Of a DNA stretch of 64,000 nt, positions 47,697-57,380 are shown piece by piece (the first letter of the stretch is position 1; every line of letters begins with the position of its first letter). This DNA is from an uncultured Actinomycetes bacterium (GTDB lineage Bacteria > Actinomycetota > Acidimicrobiia > IMCC26256 > DASPTH01). The notes below the pieces were generated by a model. It was not told where the DNA came from and ran no database searches. It was given only the letters and a program-made list of their open reading frames with translations. Both the position numbers and the translations under genes were made by a program. The DNA is taken from contig CAVRBG010000006.1 in NCBI GenBank assembly GCA_963719245.1, positions 78,905 through 142,904 of the forward strand. The letters run 5' to 3'.

Positions 47697-48850
47697 TGCG
47701 ACCTCCGGCGCCGAGCGCGCGTTGACTCCGGCGCAAGCGCATCGCACAGCTGCTCGACAGCACGGTGGAACGGACCCCGTACGGCGACCTCGCCGTCCCA
47801 CGCTGCGGTCTCGAGATTCCGGTCGACGGGGAGCCAGGTGATCGATGTGGGCACGATGGTCCGGGCGATCTCGGCCTGGATCTCGGCGCGTCGGTAGCGG
47901 GCCGCCGGCGCGCGGTTCACCGCCAGGTGCAGCGGCGTCGCCGCGAGCCGCCGGTTCACGGTCGCGAGGCAGTCGAGCGCCCGCACCACACCGACGGGAT
48001 GGGCCGCCATCACCGCCACCAACGCGGTGCAGTCGGCGAGCACCGCGGTGCCCACCTTCGAGTCCCAGTCGGCGTCGACCACCACGTACTCGCGGCCGGC
48101 GCGCAGTCGGCCCACCACGTCGAGCACCTCGTGCGGGGTGACCTGCGCCGCGGCCACCGGGCTCGGGAACCCGGCGACCACGCCGGCAGACCGCGCCGGC
48201 AAGGCCGCGACCACCGAGTCATCGAGCGCGCCCAGGCCATGGGCACACGCCTCGACCGCGCTCCGCAGGTTGGGCTCGAGCCCCAGACCGAGCCTGCCCG
48301 CGAGCGCCGGCGCCGATTCGTGCGCGTCGACCAGCACGACCTGGGCACGCCGATGCCCGAGCGCGGCCGCGATGCCGACCGCGATCTCCGTGATCCCCCC
48401 GCCGCGGGGCCCCGTGACCCCGACGAGCGCGCCGAGCCGATTGGCAGGATCCTCGGGGTGCGTCCCAGTGGGAGCGTCGTCGACCGCGGACCGCGCCCGA
48501 TCGTCGACGGTGCGGAGCGCGACGACGAACTCGCCCATCGACGCGTCGGAGGCGATCGTCGCGTCGACGCCGAGCGTGACCAGGTGATCCTTGCCCGCCG
48601 GCTCGTCGGGGTCGAACACCCCGAGGACCTGCCGACCGCACTCGTGCACGGAACGGACGAATCCCAGGGTGAGAGCGGGCCAGCGATCGCTCACCACCAG
48701 GATGTCGAACTCCTCGTCGAGTGCGACCGCGGGATCGACGACGATCTGGCGGACCCGTGCGCCACCGTGGTGAGCGAGGTGTCGATGCAGCTCCTCGACC
48801 CACTGCTCGGGTGAGAACACCAGCGCGACCGTCGGTTCCATGGCCGTCAT
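47693..48850 (-). CDS. tadZ: TadZ/CpaE-like (ParA/MinD-fold, degenerate Walker A) pilus localisation protein
   Basis: ORF 47693..48850(-), 385 aa and intact. It has a receiver-like N-domain, then VGVTGPRGGGITEIAVGIAAAL..VVLVDAHE.. Confidence 0.7.
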   Translation of the reverse strand: MTAMEPTVALVFSPEQWVEELHRHLAHHGGARVRQIVVDPAVALDEEFDILVVSDRWPALTLGFVRSVHECGRQVLGVFDPDEPAGKDHLVTLGVDATIASDASMGEFVVALRTVDDRARSAVDDAPTGTHPEDPANRLGALVGVTGPRGGGITEIAVGIAAALGHRRAQVVLVDAHESAPALAGRLGLGLEPNLRSAVEACAHGLGALDDSVVAALPARSAGVVAGFPSPVAAAQVTPHEVLDVVGRLRAGREYVVVDADWDSKVGTAVLADCTALVAVMAAHPVGVVRALDCLATVNRRLAATPLHLAVNRAPAARYRRAEIQAEIARTIVPTSITWLPVDRNLETAAWDGEVAVRGPFHRAVEQLCDALAPESTRARRRRSQ

Positions 48851-49592
48851 CGAGCCGTCGGATCGGCGGTGGCCCCGACGTCGACCCGGTCGAGTGCCTG
48901 CGGAGCCGTTCCCGCACTCGACCGGGCGCCGGTCGTGAGGGCAAGCGACACCTCACCGTCGGCGATGGCAGCCGCGACCAACTGCGACTGCCGCGCCGAC
49001 ACGGCGATCGTCACCGTGAACGGATTCACGCTCTCACCGATGCCACCGCGACCCCGCGCGTCGACGGCGACCACCTCGGCGTCGGCGACCACGATCGAGA
49101 CCGCGCGCTCGCCGGCGAACAACACGTCGACACGATCGCCGGGGGCGAGGTGCCCGCCGACCGCGCGCGCCGGGTCGAGGGGAATGCTCATGGCCCGCAG
49201 CCCGTGACGGGCGGCACGGGGGCGCAGGCTCCGGCGGGTGAGGAGCTCGCCGGGCTCGAACGTGGCCGCGGCGACGCGCCCGTCGATCTCCGCCACGTCC
49301 CCCGCGGCACGAACATGGCGAGGAGGTCGGTGCGCATCGTCACCGGCTCGGTCCGGAAGTCGCTGGGACGGACGACTTCGCCGGCCCGGATCTCACGGTC
49401 CACGACCAGGAGCCGCGCCTCGCCTTCGGGTTGGCGTAGCGCGGCGAACGCCAGCACGAGGCCGACCACGCCGGCGACCACCATCACCACGTGCCCGCGC
49501 GACCAGCGTCCGAGGATCCGGGGGCGTGGAGACGGAACCCGGATCGAGGCCGTTGCGCTGCGGTGATCGTCGGCGCTGACCGCGGTGACCAT
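48847..49592 (-). CDS. cpaB: CpaB/RcpC-like Flp pilus assembly protein (SAF domain); one frame change at a C5 run
   Basis: ORF 49188..49724(-) from MVTAVSADD..HVVMVVAGVVGLVLAFAAL..LVVDREIRAGEVVRPSDF joins at 49299-49303 to ORF 48847..49296(-) (..GLRAMSIPLDPARAVGGHLAPGDRVDVLFAG..). Confidence 0.75.
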
Positions 49593-49610
49593 GTGCACTC
49601 TCCGACGTGA

Positions 49611-49686
49611 CTGTGTCCGTTGTGTCCAGATTCGGACGACTCTGTGCAGTATGCACGTTCCGGACACATCGGTCAACCCGGACACA
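49611..49686. promoter_or_regulatory. Operator-like repeat array in the cpaB / HTH divergent intergenic region
   Basis: Read directly. TGTGTCC is present twice (49612-49618 and 49622-49628). Its reverse complement CCGGACACA is present twice (49660-49668 and 49678-49686). These flank an imperfect palindrome, GTGCAGTATGCAC (49644-49656). Confidence 0.45.
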
Positions 49687-49775
49687 GGGCTTCGGCGACA
49701 GGCCGTACGGGGCGGCCACGACAAGGTGCGAAGAACAGGATGTGACTGACTCAGATCGGGCTACGCTCCGCGGCG

Positions 49776-50048
49776 ATGGCGGAGGATCCCGAGATCCACG
49801 AGGCGACGAACGCCGACGGCTTCCCGCCGGTGCTCACCACCGCGATGGCGGCGGAGCTGCTGCAGGTGCACGTCGAGTACCTACGCCGGATGGTGCGGGA
49901 AGGCCGGATCCCGTGCCACCGCTTCCCGGGTGGGCGCGAGATGCGCTTCCTGCGCGACGAGCTCCTCGAGTGGCTCGCCGCGCTCCCGGGCGACGATCAG
50001 TCGGCGTCGACCGGGCGCACCCACCAGACCGACCCGATCGGCACGTAG
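49776..50048 (+). CDS. Helix-turn-helix DNA-binding protein (excisionase/MerR-like HTH_17 type)
   Basis: ORF 49776..50048(+): ..PPVLTTAMAAELLQVHVEYLRRMVREGRIPCHRFPGGREMRFLRDELLEWL.. It is divergent from the Tad operon. Confidence 0.75.
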   Translation: MAEDPEIHEATNADGFPPVLTTAMAAELLQVHVEYLRRMVREGRIPCHRFPGGREMRFLRDELLEWLAALPGDDQSASTGRTHQTDPIGT

Positions 50049-50520
50049 GAACGCCGGCCGTCGCCGTCGACCACACTCACCTGGTCGAGGCCGACCACCA
50101 ACTCACCCTCGAGCGGCTCGTGATCCGCGTGCAGCCCGAGTCGGACCTGGGTGTGTTCGAGCTGGCGGAGTCGCGCCACGAAACTGGTGACGGTCGTGTC
50201 GCCTCGGTGCCCGCCGCGCCGGGCGGAGGCGACAACCCGCACCACGACGGGTGCAGTGGCCTCGATGCGTACGTCGACGGAGCCCCCGGTGGTCGAGATC
50301 CGCACGACGTCGACGCCGACCGAGGCAACCGTGCCGGTGCAGCGGTCGGATCCGAGATCGCACGCGACGGTGTCGCCCCGGTGCATGCAGTCGCGCAGCA
50401 CGCCGACGAACGAGCGGTCGTGCTCCCATCGCTCGTGCGCCGCCCGCGACCACTCCGCTTCCTCGGCCCGCCAGGCCGCGGCGCGGCCCCGGGGGTCACG
50501 CGGTCGTCAGCGTCGGCCAT
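49997..50520 (-). CDS. Hypothetical protein; one frame change near the N-terminus
   Basis: ORF 49997..50401(-). It extends upstream as ..AAAWRAEEAEWSRAAHERWEHDRSFVGVL.., and a frame change near 50485 leads to the ATG at 50518-50520 (MADADDRVTPG). No family was recognised. Confidence 0.4.
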
Positions 50521-50552
50521 GACGCGGTATTTGAGCAGATTGTGCGAGCGAA

Positions 50553-50574
50553 TGCAGGTGAACCCGGACCTGCA
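50553..50574. promoter_or_regulatory. Palindrome TGCAGGT-N8-ACCTGCA in the divergent intergenic region upstream of the copper-protein gene
   Basis: Read directly: the 7-bp arms are at 50553-50559 and 50568-50574. The spacer GAACCCGG, run together with the first bases of the right arm, forms CCCGGAC. Confidence 0.3.
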
Positions 50575-50599
50575 GGGGGTCGTTACTAGCGTTGTGTGG

Positions 50600-52133
50600 A
50601 TGCGCTCCCCCGCCGTCCGGCGTGTCCGGATCGCCGTCGTCGTCGCGGCCGTGCTGGGTGGCGGGCTCCTGGTCGCAGCCGCGGGCGGCAGCGCGCGGGC
50701 GCAGGTGAGCATCACCTCCGACACCGCACCGCCGTCGACCGCCAAGCCGACGACCGACAAGTCGGGGGTGCAACACCTCAAGTTCGAGTACGGACCCCTC
50801 GAGATCCGCCCGGGGCAGAACGTCATCGACACCAACAAGTACCTGATCCCCCAACCGAAGCAAGACGGTTGGATCGTCGGGTTCAAGCCCAACCTCCGGT
50901 TGCCGAACGGCAAGGTGCCGCCCGTCGACGTGATCCACCTGCACCACGGCGTGTGGGCGAACGCGTTGGCCCGCGACGCGACGTATCCGCTGTTCCCCGA
51001 GCGCTTCATCGCCGCCGGCGAGGAGAAGACCGCGCTCGAGCTGCCGCCCGGCTACGGCTACCGGTACCGCCCGACCGACGCCTGGTACCTCAACTACATG
51101 ATCCACGACCTCACGCCGAAGCCGTTCAAGGTGTTCCTCACCTACGACGTCGACTTCGTACCGGCGACGTCGCCGCTCGCGGACGGCATGAAGGACGTGC
51201 ACCCGATCTGGCTCGACGTGCAGAACGGCAAGGTGTACCCGGTGTTCGACGTGCTCAAGGGCAGCGGCACCGACGGGAAGTTCACCTACCCGGACGACGA
51301 CCCCGAGCGCGCCTCGCACCAACACCTACAAACTGCCGACCGACGGCGTGCTGGTGAAGACGTTCGGCCATCTGCATCCCGGCGGACTCCACGACACGTT
51401 CTCGGTGACGCGTGACGGGCAGAAGAAGGACGTGTTCACGTCGAAGGCGAAGTACTACGAACCCGCGGGCGCAGTGTCGTGGGACGTGTCGATGACGGCG
51501 ACGCCCGATGACTGGGAGGTGGCGGTGAAGGCGGGCGACGAGCTGAGCCTCTCGACCACCTACGACACGTCACGCGCGTCCTGGTACGAGTCGATGGGCC
51601 TCGCGGTGGTCTGGATGTACGACGGGCCGGGCGGCACCGACCCGTTCAGCGGCACCATCAACCAGAAGGGTGTGCTCACCCACGGGCACCTGCCGGAGAA
51701 CGACAACCACGGCGGGGCCGCCACCGCACTGCCCGATCCCCGGAAGACGGCGGCTGGACCCTTGACCACGGGCATCCCGATCGGGAGCTTCGAGTACGGC
51801 GCCGGTGACCTCACGGCGAAGGGCACCGTGCCGACCGTGACCGCCGGGCAGTCGATCACCTTCGACAACCTCGACGCCGCCGAACAGAGCGTGTGGCACT
51901 CGATCACTGCGTGCAAGGCGCCGTGCACGCGGTCGACCGGCGTCGCGTATCCCATCGCCGACGCGGCCGTGCAGTTCGATTCCGGACAGCTCGGCGACGC
52001 CGGTGCACCGACGGCCGGGCGCGACACCTGGAGCACGCCGAACGATCTCAACCCCGGCACGTACACCTACTTCTGTCGCGTTCACCCGTTCATGCGCGGT
52101 GCGTTCCGGGTGGTACCACCAGGGTCCGGGTAG
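50600..52133 (+). CDS. Secreted copper protein: N-terminal PHM/DBH-like (copper type II monooxygenase-like) region fused to a C-terminal cupredoxin domain; one frame change
   Basis: The tail of ORF 49607..51415 starts at MRSPAVRRVRIAVVVAAVLGGGLLVAAAGGSARAQ (signal peptide). It carries VDVIHLHHGVW and joins near 51310 to ORF 51348..52133 (TFGHLHPGG.., KAGDELSLSTTYD, SWYESMG). The C-terminal type-1 copper ligand pattern is WHSITACKAPC..GTYTYFCRVHPFMRGAFRV. Confidence 0.6.
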
Positions 52134-53974
52134 TCCGCACCGAGGTAGCTGGTGATGACGAGCGGATTGGCGCGCACCTCGGCCGGCGTGCCGTCGGCGA
52201 TCACGACGCCCGCCTCGAGGCAGTAGACGCGGTCGCTCACCATCATCACCAGCGGGATGTCGTGCTCGATGAGCAGCACCGCGGCCCCCAGCGCGCGCTG
52301 GATCTCCCGGATCCGCGGCGCGAACGCCTCGGTCTCGCGCTGCGACAGGCCGGCCGTCGGCTCGTCGAGCAGCAACACGCGGGCACCGAGCGCGACCTGC
52401 CCGGCCAGCTCCACCATGCGGCGGGTGCCGGTCGACAGCGACGCCACCGGCTGGTCGGCGGTGGCGTCGAGCCCGAGACCATCGAGGATCTCGTCGGCTT
52501 CGGCGCGCTTCACACGTTCGGCGCGCGGCGAGGGCGGCAGGTGCAGCATCGACGGCAGCAGACGCGAACGGGCGCGACCTTCGAGCGCGACCATCACCGT
52601 CTCGCGCACGGTCAGGTCGTCGTACAGGCGCGCGGCCTGGAAACTGCGGCCCAGTCCGTCGCGGTGCCGCCGGTACGCGGGCAGGCGGGTGACGTCGCGA
52701 CCGAGCACCTCGACGCGCCCGTCGCACGGGACGAACCCACCGATCGCGTTCATCAGAGTGCTCTTGCCCGCCCCGTTGGTGCCGATGAGCCCGACCAGCT
52801 CGTGGGCGCCGACCCGCACGTCGACGCGATCAACCGCGACCCGCCCCCCGAACTGCACCGTGATCCCCGTCGCGACCAGCCAGTCCCCCGCAACCGGCGA
52901 ACCGGCGTCACCAGCATGGGGTATGACCCCGTCTGCCGACGCCGGTTCGGGGGTGGGGTGATCGACATGACCTGCACCCAGGCGTAGCAGCCGGTCTTCG
53001 AGGGTGCGGAGGAGGCCGGCGAAGCCACCGGGGGCGAACAGCAGGATCGCGAGGACGCCGACGCCGGACACGAGCACGGGCACGATCGGCTCGTTGGGCC
53101 AGATCGCGGGGATGCCGACGACCCAGAGCGCGCCGAGCACCGGGCCGACGAGCGCCCCGAGCCCGCCGATCACCACGATCGCCACCACCCGCACCGACTC
53201 CTCCGGCGCGAACGTGACGCCGGGCGTGTTGCTGGGCAGCAACGTCACGAGCAGGCACCCGGCGAGCGCGGCCATCCCGCCCGACACCGCGAACGCGAGC
53301 AGCTTCATGCGCGTGGTCGAGACGGTCATCGCCGCGGCCGACGCCGGGTTGTCACGCGCCGCGATCACCGAGCGGGCGATGCCGGTGCGCCGCAACTGGG
53401 CGACGATCGCGACGCACACGACGAGGAACGCCAGGCAGAGGTAGTAGTAGGAGCGGCGCGACGAGAAGTCGACGATCCCCGCGTCGGGCTTGTCGAGCGT
53501 CGGCAGCAACCCGCTGGTGTCGACGAACTCCCCCTGACCCACCAACCACACCGACACGAACACCGCGAACGCGAGCGTGGTGACCGCGAGGTACAGCCCG
53601 GGGATGCGCAACGCGGGCAGGCCGATGAGCACCGCCACCGCCGCGCCCACCAGCACCCCGAGGAGCACGGCAAGACCCCACGGCACGCTGTCGACCAGCT
53701 TCACCGTGGTGAGCCCACCCACCGCGGCGAAGCCGAACTGGCCGAGCGAGAGCTGCCCCGCCCACCCGGTGAGGATGGTGAGCGAGCACCCGGCGATGGC
53801 GAACACCAGCACGCGGGTCCAGAGGAACGACTCCGACGCGCGCGAGAAGAAGATCGGTACCAGCACCAGGATCGCGAACAGGGCGAACACGCCGATACGT
53901 CCCAGGTGCCGCACCCACCAGCGCGCGCGCCGTCCTCGTGCACCCGGGTCGGGGCCACCGTCGCGACCTTCCAC
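52082..53974 (-). CDS. Branched-chain amino-acid-type ABC transporter: LivM-like permease fused in frame to a LivG-like ATPase
   Basis: ORF 52082..54961(-), credible from the GTG at 53974 (VEGRDGGPDPGARGRRARWWVRHLGRIGVFALF..). The permease part has LTILTGWAGQLSLGQFGF. The ATPase part has LIGTNGAGKSTLMNAI, LSTGTRRMVELAG and LLLDEPTAGL. Confidence 0.75.
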   Translation of the reverse strand: MEGRDGGPDPGARGRRARWWVRHLGRIGVFALFAILVLVPIFFSRASESFLWTRVLVFAIAGCSLTILTGWAGQLSLGQFGFAAVGGLTTVKLVDSVPWGLAVLLGVLVGAAVAVLIGLPALRIPGLYLAVTTLAFAVFVSVWLVGQGEFVDTSGLLPTLDKPDAGIVDFSSRRSYYYLCLAFLVVCVAIVAQLRRTGIARSVIAARDNPASAAAMTVSTTRMKLLAFAVSGGMAALAGCLLVTLLPSNTPGVTFAPEESVRVVAIVVIGGLGALVGPVLGALWVVGIPAIWPNEPIVPVLVSGVGVLAILLFAPGGFAGLLRTLEDRLLRLGAGHVDHPTPEPASADGVIPHAGDAGSPVAGDWLVATGITVQFGGRVAVDRVDVRVGAHELVGLIGTNGAGKSTLMNAIGGFVPCDGRVEVLGRDVTRLPAYRRHRDGLGRSFQAARLYDDLTVRETVMVALEGRARSRLLPSMLHLPPSPRAERVKRAEADEILDGLGLDATADQPVASLSTGTRRMVELAGQVALGARVLLLDEPTAGLSQRETEAFAPRIREIQRALGAAVLLIEHDIPLVMMVSDRVYCLEAGVVIADGTPAEVRANPLVITSYLGADYPDPGGTTRNAPRMNG

Positions 53975-54906
53975 CCCCCGTCGTCGGTCGTACGCGACAG
54001 TCGCGAGAACACGAGCACGATCGCCAACGTGGCCACGAACAGCCACAGCTCGGTGACGCCGAGGTCGCCGGGGTCGACGTTCTGCTGCAGGATCACCTCG
54101 ACGATGCCGACGCCGATGCCCGCGAGCAGGGTCACCGGGAGGCTGCGCATCCGGGCGACGAGCGCGACCACGAGCGCGCGCAGGAGCAGCTGGTAGCTGA
54201 GCGCACCGCCCGCGGCCGCGGCGCCGGCGATGCTGACCCCGCGCACCGGCGCCAACGCGATCGCGGCGACGGCGGCGAACGCGGCCGAGATCGCCCACAC
54301 CACCGACGACGTGCGGAACACCGGGATCCCGACCAGGCGCGCCTTGTCGGGGTTCGCCGCCGCCGCGCGCACCATCAGCCCGGTGCGCGTGCGGGTGAGG
54401 AACACCGCCAGCGCCAACACCAGCACCGGGATCACGATGAGCACGCTGGTCTCGCGGCCCTGGAGCAACAGGTCGGGGCTCACCGTCCACGTCCAGTCGA
54501 TCAACGGCACGAAGAAGCCGCCCTCGGTGACGTCGGGCAGCAGCAGCGCGACGAGCAGCAGCACCTGCGCGATGCCGATCGTCGCGACCAGGAGCACGAG
54601 GCGGGGCGCGTCGGCCAATCGGCGGATGACTGCCCAGTCGACCAGCGCCCCGGTCGCCGCCGCGGCGACGGTCGCGAGCACGAACGCGACCCAGTACGGC
54701 GCGTGCCAGCCGCCGATCCCACCGCCGAGCAGCACGGCCATGAACGCGACCGCGGTGGTGCCGAAGGCGGCGACGGCGAAGTTGATGATGCCGCTGGCGC
54801 GGTAGACGAGCACGATGCCGGCGCCGAGCGCGGCGTACGCCAGCCCCTGCACGATGCCGCTCAGGATCATCTGCTGGCTGATGTCCCAGCCGTGCAGGGT
54901 GATCAC
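53975..54906 (-). CDS. livH: LivH-like ABC permease; it lacks its own stop as assembled (frame change or fusion at the C6 run 53974-53979)
   Basis: ORF 53701..54906(-) is credible from MITLHGWDISQQMILSGIVQGLAYAALGAGIVLVYRASGIINFA.. to ..LVFSRLSRTTDDGG. Beyond that point the frame becomes Cys/Ser/Arg-rich. Confidence 0.7.
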
Positions 54907-55635
54907 GGCTGGCCACCGAGGTAGATCGCGCGCGCGAACTCGTCACGCGCGGTGAGCTCACCGATCGGGCCGTCGAAGCGGACCGCGCCCTTCTCCACGA
55001 ACACCACCCGCTCGGCGAGCATGGCGGCGACGGTGAGCGACTGGTCCACGACCACCATCGCCTGCCCGGCCTCGCGCAGCTCGCGCAGCTGAGCGATCAG
55101 CCGCTGCACCACGAGGGGCGCCAGCCCCAGCGACAGCTCGTCGACCAGCAGCAGGCGCGGCTCGAACAGCAACGCGCAGCCGAGTGCCACCATCTGCTGC
55201 TCACCGCCCGAGAGCGACGCCGCGTCCTGACGGCGGCGGGCGGCCAGGGCGGGGAACACGTCGTAGACCCGGGCGATGCGGTCGGCCGCGTCGCGCCGGA
55301 GCACCGGGTGTGCGACCAGCGCGGCGCGGAGGTTCTCCTCGACGGTGAGCCCCGGGAACACGTCGGCCGCCCGCACCTGCACGATCCCCCGCCGCGCCCG
55401 GTCCTCCGCGCGTACGCCGGCGAGGTCGTCGCCCTCGAGCCGGATCGTGCCGCGCGGGCGCGAGCAACCCGCTGATGGTCCGCAACAGCGTGGTCTTGCC
55501 GGCGCCGTTGGTGCCGAGCATCGCGACCGCTTCGCCCCGGCCGACCGTCAGCTCGAGTCCGAACAGCACCTGCACCCGTCCGTACCAGACGTCGAGGTCG
55601 TGCACCTCGAGCAACGGGCTTGCCGACTCTGTCAC
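54903..55635 (-). CDS. livF: LivF-like ABC transporter ATPase; one frame change
   Basis: ORF 55201..55635(-) (LLEVHDLDVWYGRVQVLFGLELTVGRGEAVAMLGTNGAGKTTLLRTISGLL) joins near 55452 to ORF 54903..55382(-) (..LSGGEQQMVALGCAL..LLLVDELSLGLAP..). Confidence 0.8.
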
Positions 55636-55674
55636 GACGCTCCCCCGATCGACCTCCGACGTGGCGACGGGCGA

Positions 55675-56412
55675 TCAGGCCTTCGGCAACTCCGGCAGCC
55701 GCAACGGCTCGATCACCTCGGGATCCGACGGCGGCCGGTGGAGGACCACCTCACCGCTGCGGTCGGAGTCCATCAGCGAGACCACCGTCGCCGCCATGAC
55801 CTCGGGCTCGAACGCCACGATGCCGCGTTCGCCGAACCATGCGTGCGGGTCCTCACCCATGAGGGGCGTCGCCACCGCGCCCGGGCACAGTGCGTTGATC
55901 CGGATGCCGCGCCGGTCGAGCTCGCGGTGGATGCTCCGCACCAATCCGATCAGCGAGAACTTGGTGAGCGAGTAGAGCGGGTTCGCCGGCAGCGGGACGA
56001 TGCCCGCCATCGACGACGTGACCACCACCGCGCCCTTCGCCTGCTCGAGGAGCGGGATCGCACGTTGCAGACCGAAGAACACGCCGTCGACGTTGACCCC
56101 GAGGTACTGGCGGTAGCGGTCGACCGAGATCGAGGTGATGTCCTCGAGCGCGGTGTCGTAGATGCCCGCGTTCAGGTGGAGGAGGTCGAGACCATCGAAA
56201 CCGGAGATCAACTCGGCCCACGCGTCGGGATCGGAGACGTCGAGGTGCGCGTAGGTGCCTCCCGCGTCCTCGGCGGCGCGGGCGCCGAGCTCGTCCTGCA
56301 CGTCGCACAGCGTCACGCCCGCGCCGGCGTCGGCGAGCGCCTTGGCCGTCGCCCGCCCGATGCCCGACGCCGCCCCGGTGACGATCGCGGTCTTGCCGTT
56401 GAAGTCGGTCAC
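55675..56412 (-). CDS. SDR-family oxidoreductase
   Basis: ORF 55675..56412(-), intact: KTAIVTGAASGIGRATAKALADAGA.., NAG, and YSLTKFSL (YxxxK). Confidence 0.85.
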   Translation of the reverse strand: MTDFNGKTAIVTGAASGIGRATAKALADAGAGVTLCDVQDELGARAAEDAGGTYAHLDVSDPDAWAELISGFDGLDLLHLNAGIYDTALEDITSISVDRYRQYLGVNVDGVFFGLQRAIPLLEQAKGAVVVTSSMAGIVPLPANPLYSLTKFSLIGLVRSIHRELDRRGIRINALCPGAVATPLMGEDPHAWFGERGIVAFEPEVMAATVVSLMDSDRSGEVVLHRPPSDPEVIEPLRLPELPKA

Positions 56413-56496
56413 GGCGCGGACACTACCGGGCTCCGTCCGGCCCCGGGTTCGGGCACAGGTTGCCTCGCGGCCACCACCTCGGTGACGATGTCACCC

Positions 56497-57378
56497 ATGG
56501 AACTCGGTGGGATCGGCATCTGGAGTGGTGAGCTGCGGTACGGCGAGGAGGGCGAGCGACGTGACGCCGCCGCCGAGCTGGAGGCGCTGGGATACACCGC
56601 GTTGTGGATCCCCGACGTGGGCGGCGACGTGTTCGGCGCGCTCCGCGACCTCCTCGACGCCACCAGCACCGTCGTCGCCGCCACCGGGATCCTGAACCTC
56701 TGGATGCACGGCGCCGCCGAGGTCGGCGAGGGGTTCACCGCGCTCGAGGCCGACCATCCGGGCCGCACGCTGCTCGGCATCGGCGTGAGCCACTCGCTCC
56801 TCATCGACCAGTCCCACCCCGGCGCCTACACCAAGCCGCTGAGCGTCACCCGCAATTACCTCGACGAGCTCGACGCGGCGCCGCCGAACGTGCCCGTCGA
56901 CCGGCGGGTGCTCGCGGCGCTCGGCCCGAAGATGCTCGAGCTGTCACGCGACCGCGCCGCCGGCGCCCACCCGTACCTGGTCACGCCCGAGCACACGCAC
57001 ACCGCCCGCGACACCCTCGGCGAGGGCCCGATGCTCCTGCCCGAGCAGCACGTCGTGCTCGAGACCGACCCGGACCGCGCCCGTGCCATCGCCCGCGAAG
57101 GCCTCAGCGTGTACCTGCAGCTCCCGAACTACGTGAACAACTGGCTGCGCCTCGGTTTCACCGACGACGACGTCGCCGACGGCGGCAGCGACCGCCTCGT
57201 CGACCACGTGGTGGTGTGGGGCGACGAGGCCACCATCGTCGCCCGCGTGCAGGCCCATTTCGATGCCGGTGCCGACCACGTGTGCGTCCAGGCGTACACC
57301 GGAACCGAGAACACCGACTTCCCCCGGGCAGAATGGCGGGCACTCGCACCGGCCCTGGTGGGACTCACACGAAGGTGA
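56497..57378 (+). CDS. LLM-class F420-dependent oxidoreductase (luciferase-like)
   Basis: This is the tail of ORF 55276..57378(+), from MELGGIGIWSGELRYG..ELEALGYTALWIPDVGG..LLGIGVSH..AHPYLVTPEHT.. An alternative start is at 56488 (MSPMELGG). Confidence 0.7.
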   Translation: MELGGIGIWSGELRYGEEGERRDAAAELEALGYTALWIPDVGGDVFGALRDLLDATSTVVAATGILNLWMHGAAEVGEGFTALEADHPGRTLLGIGVSHSLLIDQSHPGAYTKPLSVTRNYLDELDAAPPNVPVDRRVLAALGPKMLELSRDRAAGAHPYLVTPEHTHTARDTLGEGPMLLPEQHVVLETDPDRARAIAREGLSVYLQLPNYVNNWLRLGFTDDDVADGGSDRLVDHVVVWGDEATIVARVQAHFDAGADHVCVQAYTGTENTDFPRAEWRALAPALVGLTRR

Positions 57379-57380
57379 CC

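Noticed and set aside
49997-50048. Two convergent gene pairs each overlap by exactly 52 nt at their 3' ends (49997-50048 and 52082-52133).
   Set aside because: I found no shared sequence between the two overlaps. The equal length is most simply coincidence. Alternatively, given the indel problem in this assembly, the stop codons may have been displaced by frame errors.
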